From Octopus vulgaris (lineage: Eukaryota), in contig OX597814.1 of assembly GCA_951406725.2 (NCBI GenBank), positions 39,804,001 through 39,868,000 on the forward strand: a stretch of DNA of 64,000 nucleotides, written 5' to 3'. Of the stretch, positions 53,611-64,000 are shown one piece after another. Position numbers and translations under genes: made by a program. How positions within the stretch are numbered: position 1 is the first letter of the stretch; each line of letters opens with the position of its first letter. The notes under the pieces are model-generated. The model had not been told where the DNA came from, made no database searches, and was given only the letters and a program-made list of their open reading frames with translations.

Positions 53611-54202
53611 GCATTTATGGAGATCTCCAGAATGTTAACGAGAAGATCACACAAAGTTAGTTGCGGCTATCTAATCAGAGCGTGTGCCACCCTAAGCTGG
53701 AAGCATTCAAATTAGTCTTGTGGAACCCACTTCATGGTGATCTAAATAGAGGAAAACATCATTACACATCGATAACTTGATGGTAGACACTGACCTCGAA
53801 TATATGCAGGACCTCGAAGCAGTGATGATAGACCGAGAAGTGCGGTAGGTAGAATTTGTTGCCATAATAATAAATAACCCTGCCGTAATAATGAATATAT
53901 TCCGAAAGTCTGTTTTTCTTGTATCCAGTAAGGGGTGGTGAGGCACAATGAGTAACCTTTACTACATTTTTTGCCCTTGATAAAAAATATTGTTTATATA
54001 TGTTCAATATCAAACAAAAACGACATCAGCTATGCAAATGACCTTCTCTAAATTCATTAAAACATAATAACATATTCAGAACGCTATTTCAGAAAATTAC
54101 CTCCGTTCTCTTTGAATATATAAAAGACAAATTTGGATGGGCTAAAATGTATAAATATGGGTATTCTTTCGTTTTGTTTCGAAAGAATACCTAAATATGT
54201 GA

Positions 54203-54272
54203 AAACTGTAAATCGGAGAGGGTTTGTGGGGAGTACAAAAAATTCCCACAAACCCTCTCCGATTTACAGTTT
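54203..54272. repeat. Perfect 28-bp-arm hairpin
   Basis: AAACTGTAAATCGGAGAGGGTTTGTGGG (54203-54230), 14-nt loop, exact reverse complement (54245-54272). Confidence 0.97.
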
Positions 54273-54276
54273 CACA

Positions 54277-55075
54277 GTTGTTATGCACTTTAGTTACCGG
54301 ATCCTCAAATGTTTCTTTATGATTGTCTTTGAAATGGGAATACCGTTGCTCGACCTCAATTTCAGTTATTTCATTGTAAACGCTCCAACAATCAAAATTG
54401 ATAGTTGTTCCTGGTATTTTATGCTTTCTGATAAAGGGAAGCAGAGTTTCGTGGGTGCTACTGACTTGCACATGTGCGTGAGTACGTCTACTGATTATCG
54501 CGGGAGGGCGCGTCGGATCTACACTTCTCAAGTAGTATGAAATTGATAATAACTCATTTTGCCCCACTACCACATAGTTCTGTCATGTATTAGGAAAAAT
54601 GACAAAAAAAATAGTGCAGAAAGAAAGAAAGAAATTCGGTGTAAGGAAAACATGAGAGCATAATAATAATAATTCTAAGCTGAAAAAAAAAGGCATTGGG
54701 CTGTTGAGAGTTGTAACTTTGTAATTAAATATCCTGTAATTATATAATTAAAGCTAAATTCAAAATTTAAATTAGGGAAGTTGCTCTTTAGTAAAACAAC
54801 ATCAGTTTTCAATGCCGTCTGAAGTAATGAAGTGGACAATGGCAATGTATAATTGTGCGTGTGTATATGTGTGTGCGTGTGTGTATGTGTGTGTGTATGT
54901 TTGTGCGCGCGCGTGTGTGTGTGTGTGTGTGTATGTGTGTGTGTGTCTAATGGTCAATCGAAGCGCACTGTGCCAATTCATGCATTGAAAGAAGGAATCG
55001 GAATGACAGACAATTACTAACTTCTTTCTATCAATCTCTTTACCTATCTTTATACACATCCATACTCTCTTGCAC
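54277..55075 (-). mobile_element. Merlin-like transposase relic with upstream flank, copy 1
   Basis: ETLLPFIRKHKIPGTTINFDCWSVYNEI...YSHFKDNHKETFEDPVTKVHNN. Paralogous to 56470-57160. Confidence 0.8.
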
Positions 55076-55329
55076 ACACACTCCCAAATACACACACACA
55101 CATACACACACACAGACACACACACACAGACATACACACACACACACACACAAACACACTCACAGATACATACTTACATTTTCTTGTTTTGTGTCAATGT
55201 CCCAAATTGCCCTGAGAATTGCTTTCTTTGACCCCATATGAATATGGCTCTGCTCGCACCACCTGGAACGCTCTGTCGCACCTCCAAGGGTTGGGAGCAC
55301 CCCTGGTTGTTAAAACCTGCACCAGAATA

Positions 55330-55665
55330 TTCAAACTGGCTAACATCGAAATCAAGGCAAAACTACTATCCTGAAAGTACTTGCAGTCCCAAAACAGATA
55401 TTTCGAGCATATAACTAAGATAATATACCATCTACATCGATACGGAAATAGAAGCAACGAAAATCTGGTGTTGAAAACTGGGGATATTCCTAAATTTATA
55501 GAAGATGTGTGAACAATTTGAAGAAATGCCCACAACGACATAAATATCGTATCACATACAAAATACACACAATGTAAAGAAAATAGCTCTACAAAAATAC
55601 AACAGGTAACCTGTTCGCATCGTGCTGCACTAAGTCGAGCAATAAAAGCACGTAATTAAAATAAT
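55330..55665 (+). mobile_element. Very degenerate R4/Dong 3' end
   Basis: Ends gtgctgcact...aaagcacg.aattaaaataat like 32593-32640. KTTIL-like remnant upstream. Confidence 0.45.
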
Positions 55666-56469
55666 GCTGCGGAAAATATAAAATAATACCAAATAAGACC
55701 GGAGATGTTTAACTTGATAAAACGCTACTTCACTGTTCCGACAAATATCCATTAACACAGATTAAATAGAAAGATATCAATTCGATAAAAATTGACAAAG
55801 ACGTTGAACGATAACTGTAAATAATACATTAATTTATTAGCGAAGTTTTATTGCTTTTTACCTCATAAAATAATCTATTGCAATTAGTACATCATAATAG
55901 TCAGTGATCTTCCAACACGTATAAACACAAACTGTCAGACTAGACAATGATGGAGCCTATACATGATAATCTGATGCGCTAGAAATAGCAGTCTAATCTC
56001 GCTGTTATCTTATCTTACCGTTCTCAAAATATGACACTCTGAATTATGTATTCCTTCGTTCCAAACACATGGGAAGAACTAGATTTGTCAAGGTTAGATT
56101 ACCGTTGATCTCATAGGTCTAGTAAATCACCTTTGATCTGAATCTAAATAGCAACAGCAACAATATGTTGAAGCTGCTCCGTAGTCAGTCATCCTGCTAT
56201 AAATAACAAGTTCATACCTCTCAAGTAATCTTCCACTATCTTAGAAAATGTCCCTATGAAAAGATTGTCCCTGATTCCCTTGATATAGGAAATAAAAAGC
56301 CAAAGCCACCGCTAAATGCCTTCGATTAAAGATCTCCTGGATCCACTGACCAGAGCCTAAATCAAAATCAACAATAAAAATACACTAAACGAACTCAAGT
56401 CAAATGGACAGCAGAACATATAAGTCATTGAAGATCAACTCTGACACCTCATCATACCCTTGAATCTCA

Positions 56470-57160
56470 GCTTTGCATTTTTCCAGCAACATTCAACTGA
56501 GTTGGTATGCGCTTTAGTTACTGGATCCACAAATATTTCTTTATCATTGACTTTGAAATGGGAATACTGCGATTCGACAACAATTTGTTATTCCATTGTA
56601 TACGCTCCAACAGTCAGAATGGATAGTTTTCCTGGTTTTATATGTTTTCTGATAAGGGGAAGCAGAGTTTCACTGGTGCCACTGACTTTTGCGTGTACGT
56701 GAGTTCGTACAAAATGACAAAAATAGTGAAGAAAGAAAGAAAAAAGTTTCGGTTTAAGAAAAACATGTGAGCATAAAAGCAATAATTCTAAGCTGAAAAA
56801 AAAAATGCATCGAGCTGTTGAAAGTTGTAATTTTGTAATTAAATATGTAATTTTATAATTAAAGCTAAATTCAAATTTTAAATTAGGGAACATATTTACT
56901 TGCTCTTTCGTAAAACACGACCATTGTTCAATGCCGCCTGAAGTAATGAAGTTGACAATGGCAATATTTAATTATGCCTATTTACGTGTATGTACGCGCA
57001 CATGTGTGTATGTGTGTGTGTGTGTCTTTAATAGCCAGTGGTCAATCTAATCTCACTGTTCCCAGTCATGCATTGAAAGAAGGATTCTGAACTAGCGACA
57101 ATAACTAACTTTTTTCTATCAAGCTCTCTATCTATCTGTTTATACATCCATACTCTCACA
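56470..57160 (-). mobile_element. Merlin-like transposase relic with upstream flank, copy 2
   Basis: ETLLPLIRKHIKPG...SDCWSVY...FVDPVTKAHTNSVECCWKNAK. Confidence 0.8.
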
Positions 57161-57949
57161 GTATATACACACAAGAAAATAGTCATAGCAATTTTTCTAA
57201 ACTATACCTCACGGTGCAACATGAATGATAGAATCCCATTTACACAAGATGGACCTGAGAGAAGATAATGAAAATGTCCAACAGTACATATAGACCCGAA
57301 TATATTTGTAACAAACCCAGCAAAATAAGAGAAATTACTTCCAAATAATATTTTTACAAATTTTAAATCTCATTAGGATATGCAGCAATGTGCAGTTTCC
57401 GATTTTACTTACGTCATACACGTGCTCGTACTACACCACAACAAAAGCAACAACATGCATAAAATTGAGCGAAATAAATGGATTAATAGCAAAGAAAATA
57501 ACGTAAAAAAAAATTGGAAACATGGGAAAATATTTGTAGCCTACACAGAGTACTAAACACAACATCGAACACTATAGAAAATAATTAGCTGTATGAAGCT
57601 CAGGTTGATGAACTACACCGTGTCCTATGTAATAATAAAATATTCGAATACCATATATACGCTCAAAGAAAAAAGCAAAGACCATCGATGTAGCTCGAAA
57701 ATAAACCAAGAAGAACAGATAAACGGAAATCATGTCCTTCGGATCATAATCTTTCCCCGTCTCTTGCATTGGACATCGGGAAAGCAAAAGATAAATCGTA
57801 TCTCAAACGTTTCGTGTCTAAAAAGAAAGAATAAATGGATTGCTGTTTTAAACAATATAATATCGATAGCATTAAAACCATCGCATGTATTATATTAATA
57901 GAAGTTCCTAGAGAAACAGTATTTCATGTATTTATCATTCATATTTATT

Positions 57950-58560
57950 TTATCAATCAATTTAGAATGACACCTCGTGACTATAAACCGCGATCATATT
58001 CCTGTCCAGATTATCTTCACTACAGCTAAAATCCACATTACTCATAATCTCTTTATAGAGGATGCTACTTGGCATCAATTATAACATCAAAGCACGCGCA
58101 AACGCATAAACACACACACACACATACGCGCACACATCATTCTTAGTTGCCCTGATGTTAGCAAAGCCTTCAGAACTTTAGAGCCCTCTATCCACATTAT
58201 ATACAAAATCTTTTCTATAAAAACACACATGACTGGTCAACAATATATCTGTCATGTCGCAAAACAAGTACAAAATGAATACATCTAGATAATGTCTTCA
58301 CTGAATATTTTAACCTATTCTTACACATAAAACAGAACCACAGCCTTGTCAGAAATTACATCAGCTTCACGTTCCCTGTTTTTATAGTGATTCACAAGTA
58401 CTTCCGCCCGACTTCAATTATCTGAAAACATGCCAACAAAATAGATGGCATAATACATTAGCCGCTTTCTTGGTTCTTACCTGTTCCATGAACTAATAAT
58501 TAGCATTCCTCTACTGAAACTTAATGCAAACAAGAAAAACAAAATAATTGAAAACTACCA
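57950..58560 (+). mobile_element. Very old LINE RT relic
   Basis: DYKP.S-like and VAL-DVSKAF-like remnants in order, heavily frameshifted. Confidence 0.35.
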
Positions 58561-59199
58561 CAATTTCAACAGCGTACACACGAAACGCAACAAGGAACAT
58601 CAAACAATGGATAGGAAAATACTGCGGAATTAGATTTAGCCCACAGAATATAGTAACAAGTACGAATCATCATGAGTTGTACTGCTTTTTGTTCTTTTAT
58701 TCGTTTAAATGTTTCATTCAATAAACTACGACCATGCTGTAGCACCACCTTAAGGCCTTGTGTATATTTCCAAACTTTTCAGACGCAAAAAGGCTAATAA
58801 ACACAGCACACACACACAAAAAAAATCCCATCATCTGAACAATGAAATCTAAACACTAACTAGGAAAACTAATCTATAACTGCCCGGTCTTCAAGTTAAT
58901 AGCGGAGAAAACTTCAGTCATCACAATATGTGTAGCTACAATTGCACACATATTCACTAATTCCGACATAATGATAGACAATACACTTTTCACAACAAAA
59001 TATAAATTACCTAAAAGCATACAATTACAACAAATATATACATACGTATTCATATTAATAGTAGATAATTTGGGCTCAAATCGTGTATTGTGATGCATTG
59101 TCCTAGGACAAACGACGGATGACACCTACTGAAACGTTCTGACTGAATCCCTTTACTGTGTTTTTTTACCACTATACAAGCCTATAAAATAGATTAAGC

Positions 59200-59250
<51 letters not shown>

Positions 59251-59341
59251 TTCAATGAGCGTAAGCTCTAATTCTTTACTCCAGTTAATTAACCGACACC
59301 AAAACCAAAGAATATATCATATGTTAGATGGTGGCAAGATA

Positions 59342-60345
59342 CAGGGTGTTTGGGCTAAATTCAACAATTGGCATGAAAGGAAGGGAAATATGTATACGCA
59401 TTTGTCTTTCTAGTTTCTTGATGAGAAACCGCAAGTTCAAACAGATATTGTTATATTTGGGGATAGATTTATTTGAATTTCACTTTAGATTTATTATACC
59501 ATTCAAATATAAAATTGATTTAAATTATGAAAATATACCAACTAGATTATATTTGGGAGATAAAGAATTTTCTCTCTCTAGCCGCCCTCAACTTCAACCG
59601 CAACTTCAAGATAGATATAGAAACTGGAGCATGCGTTCCCCATGGTGTATCTTAGAAGATCTTCCTACACCTATTTGATCTTGACCATCAGCTCAGCCTT
59701 TGTGTTGCAGGCCAAGCTGTTGGTGTCTATCTCAACCATGCCCTACACAGCAATCCAAGGACTTACAAGTGAGGGAATTGAGAGACGAAAATTTTGGGCT
59801 GCTGGCGTGGTAGAAATTCTCGAAACACTAAGTCTGATCTTTCCGGATGTTCAGCAAGAAACCGAATTGTACTACCACACATATTGCCACAGTATTGCAG
59901 CCATCTCAGTCCAGGAATTGACCACAGTTCCTAGAGGTTTCACAAAACGAACGGACCAAAAGTCCTCGTTCTAAATTTAGGGAGTGAATCCCAGCGTGCA
60001 CAGGCATTCACAACAGCAGCTGTCTCCCTTGCTGCTGGCAACGTCTTCGTAGCTTTCATTGCAGCTGTCCTTGTCACGTCTTTCAGTTTCTAAAGTACCG
60101 AACATTGAGCAGCAGTGACAATGTCGGCAATTTGCCCCCATTCCTAACCCGGCGTAAATCATGATGATGCAGGTAACTGCCTTTCAAGATTCAGATTGTT
60201 TCCAGTCCTCCAAGTCCGCTAACTATTTTCTCAATTACAAATTTAATCTTTAAGACCTCAACGCCGATGACTGTTCCCCAATACATCAAGCTGTTCCTGA
60301 AAAAGGGAATCATAGAAAATTCTCAAATATGACCCGAACAACCTG
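59342..60345 (-). mobile_element. Internally deleted DD37D(maT)-like Tc1/mariner element
   Basis: Imperfect TIRs TA-CAGGGTGTTTGGG / CCCGAACAACCTG-TA. Minus peptide ...DTNSLACNTKAELMVKIK...NACSSF..LEVAVEVEGG. Confidence 0.8.
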
Positions 60346-61262
60346 TATATATGAAATAGTAGATATGTCATGCCTAAACGAAAGGTTAAGAACATTTCTG
60401 TTAGAGCTAGAAGCTAATATAAACAAATTCCTTTAATGCATTGTAAATACCAGCTAACTCGTATGGTAACTGAAAATACAGTTTGATGTAATCCCGGTAT
60501 TAGATGAATATCTACTTTAATTTTTCAATCTCACATAGTTTGTCCTCACTTTCTTTTCTTTCTGCTGCTAATTTGCGTCTTGCGCAATAAAACCGAATTC
60601 AAAGGTTTAATAGGCATATTAGCGTTAAGTAATATAAACTCATGCAATGGATTTATGACACAATATTAGATGCTTCCACTGGGCCTTTGGAGGAGAGAAC
60701 CAACGATATTATAAAGCAGTAGAAAATGGCTGTACAATATTCTCTGGACTTGGAGATAAATATTGTTGACAATATATAAAACCAAATTAAACAGATTTAC
60801 AGTTGCATGAAAATATATTTTACTGAATAGATTAAGATTAAAAAGATGTGCCGAGAATGGCATGAATATTTGAGACTTCTCAAGACACAATCAGGTTGAT
60901 TTACATAACAGCCCCAAAATATCACGTTTTTAGAAACTGCTTTGTCATTTAAACTGGGAGGGCAGGTAAGTGAAATACGTAAATATTAAAGCCTGTAGGA
61001 CTAGTCTTAACAGTTATATTAAACTACTATTCCTCCCGAAAATATAGCAACTGGTAATAACCACTTAATCCCACGGAACAGTTTTTGAGCATGTTTATTT
61101 GTATTGTTCACTAAATTTCTCACGCAACAAGCAGTGTAATTAGATGGGTTTTTTTTTATTAGTTTTACAAATATTCTTAACTACCATTAGGGAAAAAGTC
61201 TCCCTAAAGAAGTGCGTGTATGTGTCTGTGTATATATTTACATATATGAATTCACGTGTGTT

Positions 61263-61299
<37 letters not shown>

Positions 61300-61904
61300 A
61301 TGTGTGTGTGTGTGTTTGCTTATGTGTATCTATACTGTAATGGAGAAAGCTGTTTAATAATTACGTATGTAACAATTACTAAAAGTACTAAAAGAAATCA
61401 ATTATTTAAGGGTTGACTGTCTGAAAATATTTTTATAAATTCATGTTCTAAGAAATTTCCTATAGTTTCAATTTTTTATCTTCACTGGAATTTTCTATCA
61501 CGAATTTTTCACAAATTTAAATATTCATTGCATTCACTGCGTATAATTTTTCACAGATTTAAATGTTCTTTGCATTCTCTGCGTTATAATTTGAATATTC
61601 ATTGCATTCACTGTGAAGTTTTCCATTTTAATTTGCAAAACCTCTCACTTTCACTTTTAATTTTTCATTCCCTAATTGGAAAATCGATAGTTTATTCTAT
61701 ATACGTAATGTAGAACGTATACGTAATGTAAAAACATTATTTATTGAATTAAAATTTCAAAAAAATACCCGTATAATTTTTGAACGAGGGATAGCTGTGG
61801 GAAGAGCCTAGAAAGTTGGGTAATTACAATTAAAAGACACCAAGAAAAAAGTTACCGACAAGTACTAGAAAATTTCACCTTATTTCAAGTTACCAAAAAA
61901 TCTA

Positions 61905-62140
61905 TACCTATTTCTTTATTACCCACAAGGGGCTAAACACAGAGGGGACAAACAAGGACAGACGTAGGTATTAAGTCGATTACATCGACCCCAGTGCGTT
62001 ACTGGTACTTAATTTATCGACCTCGAAAGGATGAAAGGCAAAGTCGACCTCGGCGGAATTTGAACTCACAACGTAACGCAGACGAAATACCGCTAAGCAT
62101 TTCGCCCGGCGTGCTAACGTTTCAGCCAGCTCGCCGCCTT
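61905..62140 (-). mobile_element. SINE family C, full length
   Basis: The reverse complement begins aaggcggcgagctggctgaaacgttagc, with B box GAGTTCAAATTCC and central gtcgactttgcctttcatcctttcg. Confidence 0.92.
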
Positions 62141-62291
62141 TTGTACATATGCAGTAATCTATACCACTAAGCCAATATATACACAAACCAGTAGCAAGAG
62201 CGACTTCAGCAGTGACACACATTCACCAATAAACAGTTCGCACACACATAAATACGCATATACGCAAATGAAAGGCAACGGATGTGTGTGT

Positions 62292-62363
<72 letters not shown>

Positions 62364-62494
62364 GTGCGTGTGTGCGTGCGTGCTCACTGACAAAGCTTCG
62401 TGCTGCCTCACTTTTGTGAAGTTTTGTCAGCGAATAGCTCGCGGTTTCAAAGCGACGAAAATACTTTGACACAAATGAAATTTTAATGTTCTTT

Positions 62495-62618
62495 TCTGTT
62501 CTGGGCACAAGACCCGAAATTTTAGGAGAGGGGGCCAGTCGATTAGATTGACCCCAGTACGCGATTAGTACTTAACTATCGACCCCGAACGGATGAAAGG
62601 CAAAGTAGACCTCGGCGG
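62495..62618 (-). mobile_element. SINE family C-related 3' fragment
   Basis: gaccccagt...atcgaccccgaacggatgaaaggcaaagtagacctcggcgg. Confidence 0.75.
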
Positions 62619-62939
62619 GTGAGATTTTAATGTTGAAGTGAAACTGGTAATACTTGCAGCACATGATCTCAGATCAAGTCACTTGCAATGCTAGTACATC
62701 TCCGTATTTTTTTAATCAATGGGGACAAGTGCCTGTAACGGCCTTCTCAGTCTCTCTAATATTTTACTATCTAAAGAGAAACAGTTCAGAGCGTGTGGAT
62801 TTTCCGGAACTCCTCTCTCCACCGCTCGCAAAAATTATTTCCCATAAATCTCAGAAGCCACAACGTTTAAGCAGTGTTTGTGGAAAATTTTGTTGAAACG
62901 TATCCATTTTTCTGAATGTTATAAGGCAACTAAGTCATG

Positions 62940-63460
62940 GCCGCATACCTCTGAGTTAGAGTAATAGCTCTATTATTAAAGCTGCAAATACATCACAAAA
63001 AACCGTTACTCAGATATTCATGTTCACGTTCATCGGACAGTTTTTGGTTTAGATTGGAACAATATATATTTATATGTATAAATATAGAAATAGTTTGATA
63101 GATACACATTTGAAAATAGTTCTGTTTTATTTGTCTTTAAAATAACGGCTTTCAATAACCGGTTATATGAAATGAGAATTACGGTTTAAAATCATGTTAT
63201 AAAAATCGAAGCAAACTTCAACAGAAGGAAGAAAACCTGTAATCCCTGGGTGAATTAAGTAAAAAACAATAATAAATTTAGATAGATATGCCCGTTTAGC
63301 ATAAAACATTTACAGAGAACTAACATCGAGTTCTGAATCAAATCTGTCCAAGAAACGAGAACGTGAAACTCTGAGTAACAGTTTTTTCTTTGTGATATTT
63401 TTGTTATGCTTTTGCAGATTTGATAATAAAGCATATTATTCTAACACCGGTATTCCGCTA
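62940..63460. repeat. Inverted pair of pLTR-like arms, each with a decayed hammerhead
   Basis: 63003-63040(-) CTGT CCGATGA ACG tgaa CAT GAAT..GTA ACGG. 63344-63381(+) CTGT CCAAGAA ACG agaa CGT GAAAC TCTGA GTA ACAG. Confidence 0.65.
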
Positions 63461-63538
63461 CTATTTTGACCCAGCTTGTTTCACATTCATGTGCTTACAC
63501 TCGCATATATACACATATATATACACATACATACATAC

Positions 63539-63622
<84 letters not shown>

Positions 63623-63831
63623 ATATATATATATATATATATATACTAAGCAATAAAGGGTTTGGCAACGAATTGCCTTACCACATACCGAATTTAGAAA
63701 TAGCAGTCAAAGAGTTATAGCTATTTCTTCTACTAAAAAGGGAGATCTCAGTAAAAACAGCAATTGGAAGGCAGACACAAACAGGTAAGAGGGAATGAAT
63801 TGACGGCAATCTATCATACAATTTTAAGTTA

Positions 63832-63932
63832 TCTACGGACGTACGTTTCGAAATCAAGTTTTTAGGAAAGCATAAGAATTAAATATTAAATAATTCTATC
63901 TTACCAAGAACTTCTTTTCTCTTCAGCGTAGA
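63832..63932 (-). ncRNA. Type I hammerhead ribozyme, canonical core, long stem II
   Basis: Minus strand reads TCTACG CTGAAGA GAAA...TTTC GAAAC GTAC GTC CGTAGA, with palindrome ACGTACGT. Lies in a ~350-bp element (63646-63992) between (TA)n tracts. Confidence 0.9.
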
Positions 63933-64000
63933 ATACTATAATCATAAATGTTATTGATAATTATTCCAAATTAATTAATTTCACCCTTCATTATATATAT

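Overview
This is AT-rich, microsatellite-saturated animal genomic DNA. The SINE families and (TA)n/(TAA)n density point to an octopod cephalopod, which is an inference. Most ORFs in the supplied track are microsatellite artefacts. The window is mainly intronic sequence filled with transposons: an array of R4/Dong-type retrotransposons in (TAA)n (26-35.5 kb), two Penelope-like elements (PLEs), CR1 3' fragments, a full-length mariner, DD37D-like Tc1/mariner, hAT and Merlin relics, a long-TIR foldback with a TTAGGG core, and three tRNA-derived SINE families. Two things are not evident from the ORF track. (1) Small minus-strand exons (48426-48307, 43755-43677, 38316-38212) splice into a peptide resembling the N-terminus of the sperm Ca2+ channel auxiliary subunit CatSper-epsilon. 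(2) At least 10 type I hammerhead ribozyme motifs from several unrelated short PLE-derived families sit mostly against (TA)n tracts, often as inverted pairs; some have non-canonical cores (U4C, A6U, U3-A8). All family and homology calls were made by eye from remembered motifs and need database confirmation.
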